Shown here in pieces: positions 28,555 to 38,875 of a stretch of 64,000 nt of DNA. The stretch is from NCBI GenBank assembly GCA_965637545.1, contig OZ281500.1, forward strand, positions 7,998,001 to 8,062,000, read 5' to 3'. The DNA comes from Phallusia mammillata. Its lineage: Eukaryota. The notes beneath the pieces were generated by a model, which was given only the letters and a program-made list of their open reading frames with translations, was not told the DNA's origin and ran no database searches. The stretch's first letter is position 1. Every line of letters begins with the position of its first letter. A program made the translations under genes and the position numbers.

Positions 28555-29267
28555 ATGGAGGAAAATGCAAGCTTTTACGAAGAGATACCCCCTTTGCCAA
28601 ACAGTTACGTTGACCCAGCAACAACAGCTAAAATCAATGGCATTCTTACAGCTGTTCGCAACATCGAACAACACGTGAGCATTGCGTATCAACCACCCAG
28701 ACCACCGAAACCATCTCCAACATCAAAAACGCCACCTCCAGTGAAATTAGGTGTGTAAGTAGGCTGTAGCGCTACATTGAAAACATTGTAGTAGCCTAAA
28801 ACTTGTATTTAAGCCAGTCAGCTTTTCGCTAAGCTTTATTCATGCAAACGTTTGTACAGTTGTGGCAAAATGTCATACACTGTAAGGTTTATAGTTTATA
28901 CAACATAGCCTACCTATCAAAATCTGGGAAACTTTTTTAATTTGTTTTGACTCGTATAGACGCAGTACGTTTGCTTGGTAATTATATGTAAATTCTGCAA
29001 GTACAGTTAAACCTAATTTTGTAACATGTTTTTGTAGATGTGGATTTTCATGAACTTCCCCCACCGAGGCCACCTAAAACCAATTCGGCCCATATCGAAA
29101 CTCCAACAAAAACTTTTAACCCATCACAATGCAGTTACTTCCTTAAAAACCTAAAAGACGTTAGAAGCTTTATTGATGAAAATTTCGAGGACGAATACGT
29201 GGACAAGGAGCCTGCAATGATTGCCATGAATACGTTGGTTCGGGCATTTGGCGAACAGAAAATGTAA
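28555..29267 (+). CDS. Unknown small protein, family member A (141 aa, 2 exons)
   Basis: Exons 28555-28750 and 29038-29267 (phase 1, 426 nt): MEENASFYEEIPPLPNSYVDPATTAKINGILTAVRNIEQHVSIAYQPPRPPKPSPTSKTPPPVKL/DVDFHELPPPRPPKTNSAHIETPTKTFNPSQCSYFLKNLKDVRSFIDENFEDEYVDKEPAMIAMNTLVRAFGEQKM. An acceptor at ~28531 keeps the frame open, so an N-terminal extension is possible. Confidence 0.75.
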
Positions 29268-29721
29268 ATATGTACACAAAGTGCACTTGTTGATGTGCAC
29301 ATCAACATTTTAATGTAGTAGACCGTGGGTATTGACACGCTTCGAACCGAAGACATCTCCGCAATGAACGAGGGTGTGTCATGTGCATTGTTATTTTCCC
29401 GCTATCTTTGCAATGTTCAAATGCTTATTTGCATTGTGCATTTTGAAATATCAAACGCAATCCTATAACTTTGTGACAAGTTTTCACATTACTAAGCTTC
29501 TACTGCTGTACAGTTTTTCGCTTTCAGTTTTAAATAAAATATTCTTACGTCAAGACTTTGTTAAATGAACAATAAATGCTTTTGCTTGCCTACTTGGTGG
29601 CCATCTTGAACAGAATTAAGGACTTACACGTACCGAACACAAGGCATTTACAAATTTTATTGATCTAAAAGAGTATGTACCAAGTAATACTGGTCGCAAC
29701 GTTGCGTTTAATAAACTAGTG

Positions 29722-30175
29722 CAGTGTTTCTCAACCTGGGGGTCGCGACCCCCCAAGGGGTCGCCAAGCACTTTTGAGGGGGTCGCGGAGACGCAACCCA
29801 ACACGGAATTATTTTATCTGTATCAAAAAAACTTTCCCTGTGACTTTTGTTTAGCATATAGTAACTCACACGACCGTTTGATTTAGAACGGGCGCAACAA
29901 TATTTGCGATTGTATACTTCTATAATTGCGGGTTTTGGTTTTTCTTAACATAAAAAAAACACGAAATAGTGAAATAGTTAGTGAAAAATAGGCGTTTTCC
30001 GGAATACAGCAAAACGCCGAACTATTGCAGCCACGTTAGATTGCAAATGTGTGATGAACACAATCAACACATGCTGGTAGTTAAACTTCCTGTGTGTGTG
30101 CGTGTGTAAAGGGGTCGCGTGGTGTTAGAAAATCTCTAAAGGGGGTAGCATAGTAAAAAAGGTTGAGAACCACTG
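29722..30175. mobile_element. hAT/Charlie-type MITE (copy in duplication unit 1)
   Basis: TIR CAGTGTTTCTCAACC / GGTTGAGAACCACTG (1 mismatch). Perfect 8-bp TSD AACTAGTG with a CTAG core. Subterminal GGGGTCGC repeats. Confidence 0.92.
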
Positions 30176-30831
30176 AACTAGTGGTTTTCCTGTGTGAGAG
30201 CAGCCAAGTTTCCACAACCAGTTCTACCGTTAACATTTCAGTGGGTTGTTGTTTTGTAGGTTTCCTTTTGGCATCTGTTTAATGCTGAAAGAGGCGTCAC
30301 GGAAATTGATGACTCAGAGGACATGTAGGTATAAAGCCTTATACAATCATACGTGAATAGTCACTACAGTTGCGGTTAATAAAAACGTTAAGTTTTTTTA
30401 ATCAGGTTTGCACGTGCACTGTATTTTTTTATGAGATAATTGTGGTTAGGTTCATAGTTCAATTTTTTAGGTGATAGTTCATATTAGCAGAGTACAAAGG
30501 TGTTTGGGTAAGTGGCTCACATTTCACTGATGAAACATAATAGATACAATCTCTCATCGGTTTCTCAAGGAAGTTAGATCGAAAGTAGTAATGACAAACA
30601 GCAAGGCAAGTCATACTAGGCAGAGAGGATGAGAAATTTTAAATTAAGTTTTAGCTATTCATGCTAGGATTTTTTTGTACTACACAGTACGATGACAATA
30701 ACTAAAGACAAGAACGAAATCTATTGAAACCTAGACAATGTGCTTGCTGTGGTGGACATCATTTTTTGCAACAAGTAGGCCTAATCGCTTAACGTGTGTT
30801 TCTTTTTCAGCATTCTATACGTAAATTAGAA

Positions 30832-31290
30832 ATGTCTTATGACACATCTTACATAACGATGACGCCAAACCGCAACAGCGCGAAGGGAAGGATCGACCAA
30901 ATATGGGACGAAGTTACCAAACTCCAACAGTTGACAAGGCAGAAATTTCCAGCAATAAAACCTCCACCAATGTCGGAAAGCGATCTTGGCAGACCACAGC
31001 AAGGTATGTTTCAATTTTTTTGAAAACAATAATCAATCAAAAACCGTGATTTTTATGAGAGTTGTTTTGCAGCCACCTATGCAGATAGATCGCTGCCAAC
31101 CCCTGATATTATGAACTGTCCCCCCAGCCGGCTTCCCAAAACCTACGAAGAGGAGCAAATCAAATTTTTGTTAAAGTTGTTACTTGATGTCAAGGATTTT
31201 CTGAATCACCAATTCGATGAAAAGAGCAAACAGAAACAACTTCATGTGGACATGATCGACAAAGTGATCCAACAAATAAAAACACCATAA
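30832..31290 (+). CDS. Unknown small protein, family member B (129 aa, 2 exons)
   Basis: Exons 30832-31003 and 31073-31290 (phase 1, 390 nt): MSYDTSYITMTPNRNSAKGRIDQIWDEVTKLQQLTRQKFPAIKPPPMSESDLGRPQQ/ATYADRSLPTPDIMNCPPSRLPKTYEEEQIKFLLKLLLDVKDFLNHQFDEKSKQKQLHVDMIDKVIQQIKTP. Strong acceptor TTTTTCAG at 30810. Confidence 0.75.
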
Positions 31291-31648
31291 AAGCCATTGA
31301 CACACAAAAAAGGAAACCTTTTTGTATAGCTGTTTGCACTACTATTCCTGGTCAAATGTTTGTTTGTTCGGTTTTAACTGCATCATTGTTATTGTCCGCT
31401 TTAGTTGTCCCGGCTTTCGTGCACAACAGTATCACTCTGATGGATTGCATTAAATAATGATCAACTTGTCTTGTATTTAGCGAGAGTAACTGTGCTATAC
31501 AGGATTGGACATGCACTCAGTTTAAAACAAGTTGCTATGTTAAAACGCTCAGGTACGACAATACATGCAAATGCAGAACAGGACTAAGGTTTGAAAAAAC
31601 AATGCGATAGAATTCATATCATCTTGTTTTAATTTACAGCACATTTAG

Positions 31649-32443
31649 CTATTTAATTTTGGATTGAACATTTGGAACTGCAAAACCCTTCAGGGCCAGT
31701 TTAACATCGCTAAGAAGCTTTTCGTTGTCAAGACGTCCTTTATACCCGTTTTCAAAGTTTTCAGCAATAAATATTTCAACCTGGGTTATCTGATTAATTA
31801 GGAAGGTACATTGGTCGGATGTAAAATTGCAAGGTTTAGAGGATCTTTTTGATTTTTTCAAGGAAAGAACTTCTTTGCCTTCTTTGGGATTGCTTTTTGA
31901 TGATTTTGCTTTGTTTTTTTCCTTGTTTTGTTTTCGACCTGTGTATATTGAAACACTTTTCAGATAGAACAAAACATGTAAATTACGAACAAGGTTGCAA
32001 AATGCGCAGGCCTAGGGCGCAAACATGAAAGTATATAAGCCCGAACCTGGTTAAAACCCGAACTCGTTTTTTTAAACCCGAATTAGGTTTCAAAGTAGAT
32101 GGCATTGCCGAATCTATAGCCCGATTTTATTTAAACTTAGCCCGAACCCAGCTCAAATCTGATCCTATAAAAATCCATCCCGACTTACAACGCTGAAACT
32201 ATATGATTAGTTTGTTTAAACCACAGCAAAATTCTGACAAATTACAACAGGAAATTTCGTCATACCCGATTTACTGCTTTCAAGATATGCTGCTGGTTTC
32301 GGTGGACGGTCAGGCGTTGGCAGAGGCTGCGTTTCCAAACGTTTGTTTAAAGCAGATAGTTTATGATATATTTCATCGAGAGTTTGGGTCGTTCCCTGTG
32401 CATCTAAATCCGGGTACCGCATTGCTGGAAGTTCGTAAGACAT
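31649..32443 (-). CDS. Unknown small protein, family member C (155 aa, 2 exons)
   Basis: Exons 32443-32266 and 31938-31649 (phase 1, 468 nt): MSYELPAMRYPDLDAQGTTQTLDEIYHKLSALNKRLETQPLPTPDRPPKPAAYLESSKS/GRKQNKEKNKAKSSKSNPKEGKEVLSLKKSKRSSKPCNFTSDQCTFLINQITQVEIFIAENFENGYKGRLDNEKLLSDVKLALKGFAVPNVQSKIK. Candidate 5'UTR intron 32597-32470. Confidence 0.75.
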
Positions 32444-32744
32444 TTTTTCAGCCTTCACCAAGTGTCGATCTATAAATTTCAGCAACTTTTATTGCCACTT
32501 CTTACAGTTCCAATAAGAGCGTTGGTGGTTATGAACTATATAAAACAAACAAAGATACAACCCACTGAGATTTTAAATTTTTTACTTTGCAGCTTACCCT
32601 CAAAATGTAATTAAGGGTGCATTAATATCTGACTTTTTACACAATGCCAATTTCACTTCTACCTCTACTTTCTTGCTAGTAAATTACTGACTTGCCTGAC
32701 GGGCTGCTGGGAATGCCAAACTATATACGCATTCAAGTATTACG

Positions 32745-33393
32745 ACAGCTAAAATCAATGGCATTCTTACAGCTGTTCGCAACATCGAACAACACGTGAG
32801 CATTGCGTATCAACCACCCAGACCACCGAAACCATCTCCAACATCAAAAACGCCACCTCCAGTGAAATTAGGTGTGTAAGTAGGCTGTAGCGCTACATTG
32901 AAAACATTGTAGTAGCCTAAAACTTGTAGGCTATTTAAGCCAGTCAGCTTTTCGCTAAGCTTTATTCATGCAAACATTTGTACAGTTGTGGCAAAATGTC
33001 ATACACTGTAAGGTTTATAGTTTATACAACATAGCCTACCTATCAAAATCTGGGAAACTTTTTTAATTTGTTTTGACTCGTATAGACGCAGTACGTTTGC
33101 TTGGTAATTATATGTAAATTCTGCAAGTACAGTTAAACCTAATTTTGTAACATGTTTTTGTAGATGTGGATTTTCATGAACTTCCCCCACCGAGGCCACC
33201 TAAAACCAATTCGGTCCATATCGAAACTCCAACAAAAACTTTTAGCCCATCACAATGCAGTTACTTCCTTAAAAACCTAAAAGACGTTAGAAGCTTTATT
33301 GATGAAAATTTCGAGGACGAATACGTGGACAAGGAGCCTGCAATGATTGCCATGAATACGTTGGTTCGGGCATTTGGCGAACAGAAAATGTAA
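32745..33393 (+). pseudogene. A': 5'-truncated duplicate of family member A
   Basis: The duplication breakpoint removes the first 23 codons, including the ATG. The upstream in-frame sequence reaches TGA (32697-32699) without an ATG. Exon remnant 32745-32871 and exon 33164-33393 remain, with two amino-acid changes (NSVH, FSP). Confidence 0.7.
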
Positions 33394-33847
33394 ATATGTA
33401 CACAAAGTGCACTTGTTGATGTGCACATCAACATTTTAATGTAGTAGACTGTGGGTATTGACACGCTTCGAACCGAAGACATCTCCGCAATGAACGAGGG
33501 TGTGTCATGTGCATTGTTATTTTCCCGCTATCTTTGCAATATTCAAATGCTTATTTGCATTGTGCATTTTGAAATATCAAACGCAATCCTATAACTTTGT
33601 GACAAGTTTTCACATTACTAAGCTTCTACTGCTGTACAGTTTTTCGCTTTCAGTTTTAAATAAAATATTCTTACGTCAAGACTTTGTTAAATGAACAATA
33701 AATGCTTTTGCTTGCCTACTTGGTGGCCATCTTGAACAGAATTAAGGACTTACACGTACCGAACACAAGGCATTTACAAATTTTATTGATCTAAAAGAGT
33801 ATGTACCAAGTAATACTGGTCGCAACGTTGCGTTTAATAAACTAGTG

Positions 33848-34302
33848 CAGTGTTTCTCAACCTGGGGGTCGCGACCCCCCAAGGGGTCGCCAAGCACTTT
33901 TGAGGGGGTCGCGGAGACGCAACCGAACACGGAATTATTTTATCTGTATCAAAAAAACTTTCCCTGTGACTTTTGTTTAGCATATAGTAACTCACACGAC
34001 CGTTTGATTTAGAACGGGCGCAACAATATTTGCGATTGTATACTTCTATAATTGCGGGTTTTGGTTTTTCTTAACATAAAAAAAAACACGAAATAGTGAA
34101 ATAGTTAGTGAAAAATAGGCGTTTTCCGGAATACAGCAAAACGCCGAACTATTGCAGCCACGTTAGATTGCAAATGTGTGATGAACACAATCAACACATG
34201 CTGGTAGTTAAACTTCCTGTGTGTGTGCGTGTGTAAAGGGGTCGCGTGGTGTTAGAAAATCTCTAAAGGGGGTCGCATAGTAAAAAAGGTTGAGAACCAC
34301 TG
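33848..34302. mobile_element. hAT/Charlie-type MITE (copy in duplication unit 2)
   Basis: Same TIRs and AACTAGTG TSD as 29722-30175. Copied with the segment rather than inserted independently. Confidence 0.92.
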
Positions 34303-34958
34303 AACTAGTGGTTTTCCTGTGTGAGAGCAGCCAAGTTTCCACAACCAGTTCTACCGTTAACATTTCAGTGGGTTGTTGTTTTGTAGGTTTCCTTTTGGCA
34401 TCTGTTTAATGCTGAAAGAGGCGTCACGGAAATTGATGACTCAGAGGACATGTAGGTATAAAGCCTTATACAATCATACGTGAATAGTCACTACAGTTGC
34501 GGTTAATAAAAACGTTAAGTTTTTTTAATCAGGTTTGCACGTGCACTGTATTTTTTTATGAGATAATTGTGGTTAGGTTCATAGTTCAATTTTTTAGGTG
34601 ATAGTTCATATTAGCAGAGTACAAAGGTGTTTGGGTAAGTGGCTCACATTTCACTGATGAAACATAATAGATACAATCTCTCATCGGTTTCTCAAGGAAG
34701 TTAGATCGAAAGTAGTAATGACAAACAGCAAGGCAAGTCATACTAGGCAGAGAGGATGAGAAATTTTAAATTAAGTTTTAGCTATTCATGCTAGGATTTT
34801 TTTGTACTACACAGTACGATGACAATAACTAAAGACAAGAACGAAATCTATTGAAACCTAGACAATGTGCTTGCTGTGGTAGACATCATTTTTTGCAACA
34901 AGTAGGCCTAATCGCTTAACGTGTGTTTCTTTTTCAGCATTCTATACGTAAATTAGAA

Positions 34959-35417
34959 ATGTCTTATGACACATCTTACATAACGATGACGCCAAACCGC
35001 AACAGCGCGAAGGGAAGGATCGACCAAATATGGGACGAAGTTACCAAACTCCAACAGTTGACAAGGCAGAAATTTCCAGCAATAAAACCTCCACCAATGT
35101 CGGAAAGCGATCTTGGCAGACCACAACAAGGTATGTTTCAATTTTTTTGAAAACAATAATCAATCAAAAACCGTGATTTTTATGAGAGTTGTTTTGCAGC
35201 CACCTATGCAGATAGATCGCTGCCAACCCCTGATATTATGAACTGTCCCCCCAGCCGGCTTCCCAAAACCTACGAAGAGGAGCAAATCAAATTTTTGTTA
35301 AAGTTGTTACTTGATGTCAAGGATTTTCTGAATCACCAATTCGATGAAAAGAGCAAACAGAAACAACTTCATGTGGACATGATCGACAAAGTGATCCAAC
35401 AAATAAAAACACCATAA
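34959..35417 (+). CDS. B': intact duplicate of family member B (129 aa)
   Basis: Exons 34959-35130 and 35200-35417. Only a synonymous CAG/CAA difference from B was seen. Confidence 0.72.
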
Positions 35418-35775
35418 AAGCCATTGACACACAAAAAAGGAAACCTTTTTGTATAGCTGTTTGCACTACTATTCCTGGTCAAATGTTTGTTTGTTCGGTT
35501 TTAACTGCATCATTGTTATTGTCCGCTTTAGTTGTCCCGGCTTTCGTGCACAACAGTATCACTCTGATGGATTGCATTAAATAATGATCAACTTGTCTTG
35601 TATTTAGCGAGAGTAACTGTGCTATACAGGATTGGACATGCACTCAGTTTAAAACAGGTTGCTATGTTAAAACGCTCAGGTACGACAATACATGCAAATG
35701 CAGAACAGGACTAAGGTTTGAAAAAACAATGCGATAGAATTCATATCATCTTGTTTTAATTTACAGCACATTTAG

Positions 35776-36570
35776 CTATTTAATTTTGGATTGAACATTT
35801 GGAACTGCAAAACCCTTCAGGGCCAGTTTAACATCGCTAAGAAGCTTTTCGTTGTCAAGACGTCCTTTATACCCGTTTTCAAAGTTTTCAGCAATAAATA
35901 TTTCAACCTGGGTTATCTGATTAATTAGGAAGGTACATTGGTCGGATGTAAAATTGCAAGGTTTAGAGGATCTTTTTGATTTTTTCAAGGAAAGAACTTC
36001 TTTGCCTTCTTTGGGATTGCTTTTTGATGATTTTGCTTTGTTTTTTTCCTTGTTTTGTTTTCGACCTGTGTATATTGAAACACTTTTCAGATAGAACAAA
36101 ACATGTAAATTACGAACAAGGCTGCAAAATGCGCAGGCCTAGGGCGCAAACATGAAAGTATATAAGCCCGAACCTGGTTAAAACCCGAACTCGTTTTTTT
36201 AAACCCGAATTAGGTTTCAAAGTAGATGGCATTGCCGAATCTATAGCCCGATTTTATTTAAACTTAGCCCGAACCCAGCTCAAATCTGATCCTATAAAAA
36301 TCCATCCCGACTTACAACGCTGAAACTATATGATTAGTTTGTTTAAACCACAGCAAAATTCTGACAAATTACAACAGGAAATTTCGTCATACCCGATTTA
36401 CTGCTTTCAAGATATGCTGCTGGTTTCGGTGGACGGTCAGGCGTTGGCAGAGGCTGCGTTTCCAAACGTTTGTTTAAAGCAGATAGTTTATGATATATTT
36501 CATCGAGAGTTTGGGTCGTTCCCTGTGCATCTAAATCCGGGTACCGCATTGCTGGAAGTTCGTAAGACAT
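35776..36570 (-). CDS. C': intact duplicate of family member C (155 aa)
   Basis: Exons 36570-36393 and 36065-35776. The translation is identical to C in the ORF track. This copy keeps the original upstream flank. Confidence 0.72.
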
Positions 36571-37430
36571 TTTTTCAGCCTTCACCAAGTGTCGATCTAT
36601 AAATTTCAGCAACTTTTATTGCCACTTCTTACAGTTCCAATAAGAGCGTTGGTGGTTATGAACTATATAAAACAAACAAAGATACAACCCACTGAGATTT
36701 TAAATTTTTTACTTTGCAGCTTACCCTCAAAATGTAATTAAGGGTGCATTAATATCTGGCTTTTTACACAATGCCAATTTCACTTCTACCTCTACTTTCT
36801 TGCTAGTAAATTACTGACTTGCCTGACGGGCTGCTGGGAATGCCAAACTATATACGCATTCAAGTATTACGCATGTGCGGATATGCACAGCAACGCGTCA
36901 CAGGTTTTGTTACCAAGGTCTCCACAGTCAAAGCAAACATACATTTCCACTTTTTGCGACACTGGTCACACTGGATTCCAAAATATTTAACATGACATAT
37001 GTTTAACAAAACATGTCCTTCGATTATATTTGTAAAAAATAGTCTTTATAATGTTTTCGTATTAGCTTTGTTGTAAAACATGTTTTTTTGAACAACCAGT
37101 CCTCTGTCACCGCGATCATTCAATTCCATGTTCCAATTTGCTCTATACATGGCAGCAATGCGTAAATAATATAAAGAAGAGAACACATTTTGACTTGGGA
37201 TGGTGTCGACAAGTTCTATTTCAGTCTGGGTCAACACATTGTGAACGTTAAACATTAATGCGAAGGACGGTTTTTCCCGAATGGTTTCAACAAGTTAAAT
37301 ACACGACTTTCCTAACGTTGGTGCTGTGATTGTTCGTATGCTTCAACATACAGAGAAATTTTCTTCAAGCGTTTAAACGTGTAAGTAAGTCTGCGACTGT
37401 TGTTTCACTGCATTTAAATCAAAATCAGTC

Positions 37431-37811
37431 ATGTGCAGTCAACCCACGCAAGCTGAAAGCGACGCCAAGTTTGATAAGATTTTAATGCTTTTGGAAAACA
37501 CAAACGAACGATTGTCACAGTTGGAAAGACAGCAAAAGCCACAAAAAACTGAAAGTGGCAACGAATACACCGTACTGGAGGTGGCTTCTGTAGCAAAAGG
37601 AACAACAGGTTGTGGAAATACCAACCTTGCAAGTCAGCACAAGTCTGGAAAGTTCTTTGATGATCAGCAACGAATATTTTTATCTTTGCAATTGGAGGAG
37701 GTACTGCAATTTTTGCGACCACTGCCATGTGAAGATGTTCAGACCAAAAAACTGCAAATCCAAAATCTTAAGTCTGTTATAGCAGCCATTAAGGTCGACA
37801 AACGACATTAA
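37431..37811 (+). CDS. Unknown small protein, family member D (126 aa, uninterrupted CDS)
   Basis: MCSQPTQAESDAKFDKILMLLENTNERLSQLERQQKPQKTESGNEYTVLEVASV...FFDDQQRIFLSLQLEEVLQFLRPLPCEDVQTKKLQIQNLKSVIAAIKVDKRH. Same N-helix and C-terminal pattern as A/B/C/E. Candidate short 5'UTR intron 37381-37428. Confidence 0.72.
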   Translation: MCSQPTQAESDAKFDKILMLLENTNERLSQLERQQKPQKTESGNEYTVLEVASVAKGTTGCGNTNLASQHKSGKFFDDQQRIFLSLQLEEVLQFLRPLPCEDVQTKKLQIQNLKSVIAAIKVDKRH

Positions 37812-38021
37812 AACTGTAATAAGTGGCTTTTATTTATGTAAACGACTTAGGCATAAAAATGTAAGAGAGTATCAAACTCCTTGAAACGATTAGCTGTTAA
37901 ATATGTTTTCAAAGCATTTATTGATACGTGGTGGTGTGCATATCCTCTTGGACAAGTTTGTAAGATCCACTAACACTTTGACACTTACGCGTTTTTTTTT
38001 CGATTTTGTTTGTCTATATAC

Positions 38022-38473
38022 CAGAGCTCTTCAACCGGGGTTCCGCGGAACCCTAGGGTTCCGTACAACCCTTTCAGGGGTTCCGTGAACTTTAAGGGTT
38101 GCACGGGAAATAGCAATTCGAACACGAATGATTCATAGTATCATTGTTTCGAACAGCAATGCTCGCCTGTGCAATATTGGAAACCTTTGTTATACCATTG
38201 ATCAATTGTGACGTAATATACACAACCTTGTTACACTCTAGCTAAGTTGCGAGATTAATGTAGAAACGACCGATCCAAATAACACGGCAATGCGTTTCAG
38301 TTAACCGTTTAATTCAAGTCAACCTTTGTGATGTGCTTTGGATGTGTATGCATCTTTTTTCTTTGATGTAGCCTACTTGTATTACATTCATTAAAATTAT
38401 TTTATGGGGGTTCCGCAAAGTTTGACAAAATACCGTAAGGGTTCCGCGTCACTAAAAAGGTTGAAGAGCACTG
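38022..38473. mobile_element. hAT/Charlie-type MITE, second family
   Basis: TIR CAGAGCTCTTCAACC / GGTTGAAGAGCACTG (1 mismatch). Right flank GTCTATAC, left flank GTCTATATAC (TSD with an extra TA). Subterminal GGGTTCCG repeats. Confidence 0.85.
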
Positions 38474-38875
38474 GTCTATACTTACGTATATTCGGTACTC
38501 TTGCAGTCCGGTTTTTGCTACAAAAAGTCCTAAACATATGTCCATGATGCTATAAAATGCTTTTTAGAATTAAAAAAAAAATCTTTTCACAACAGCTTTT
38601 TGCGTTTGCAGAGTTATTTACGTTTGATATTTCAAAATAGATTTGTATGTGCTTTTTGTGATGCCATTTAGTCCATACATCCTACGTACATTGCGTTTTC
38701 AGAACAAATAGTAGTAAATGGATTAAGGCTCTGTGTACAAATGTGACGCTCGTTTTGGCACAGCGCCTCACCAGACCGTAGCGACTGCTGTAACATTCTT
38801 TCCTTGTACTGATAAGGTGCGTTAGGTCTGAGACAAGCAAACACCGTGACGGTCTACGTGAGGAAAGTTAGAGAC

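Larger units (their letters stand above)
28624..36871 (+). repeat. Head-to-tail tandem segmental duplication, units 28624-32744 (4121 bp) and 32745-36871 (4127 bp)
   Basis: ORF track and sequence repeat at an offset of 4121 to 4127. I counted about a dozen substitutions, one 5-bp indel and one poly-A length change. The junction is TATTACG|ACAGCT. Confidence 0.95.

Noticed and set aside
28624-36871. 4.1-kb direct repeats as LTRs or a composite transposon
   Set aside because: The units are directly adjacent, lack TG...CA termini, TSD and any gag/pol or transposase ORF, and the breakpoint falls inside a host exon.
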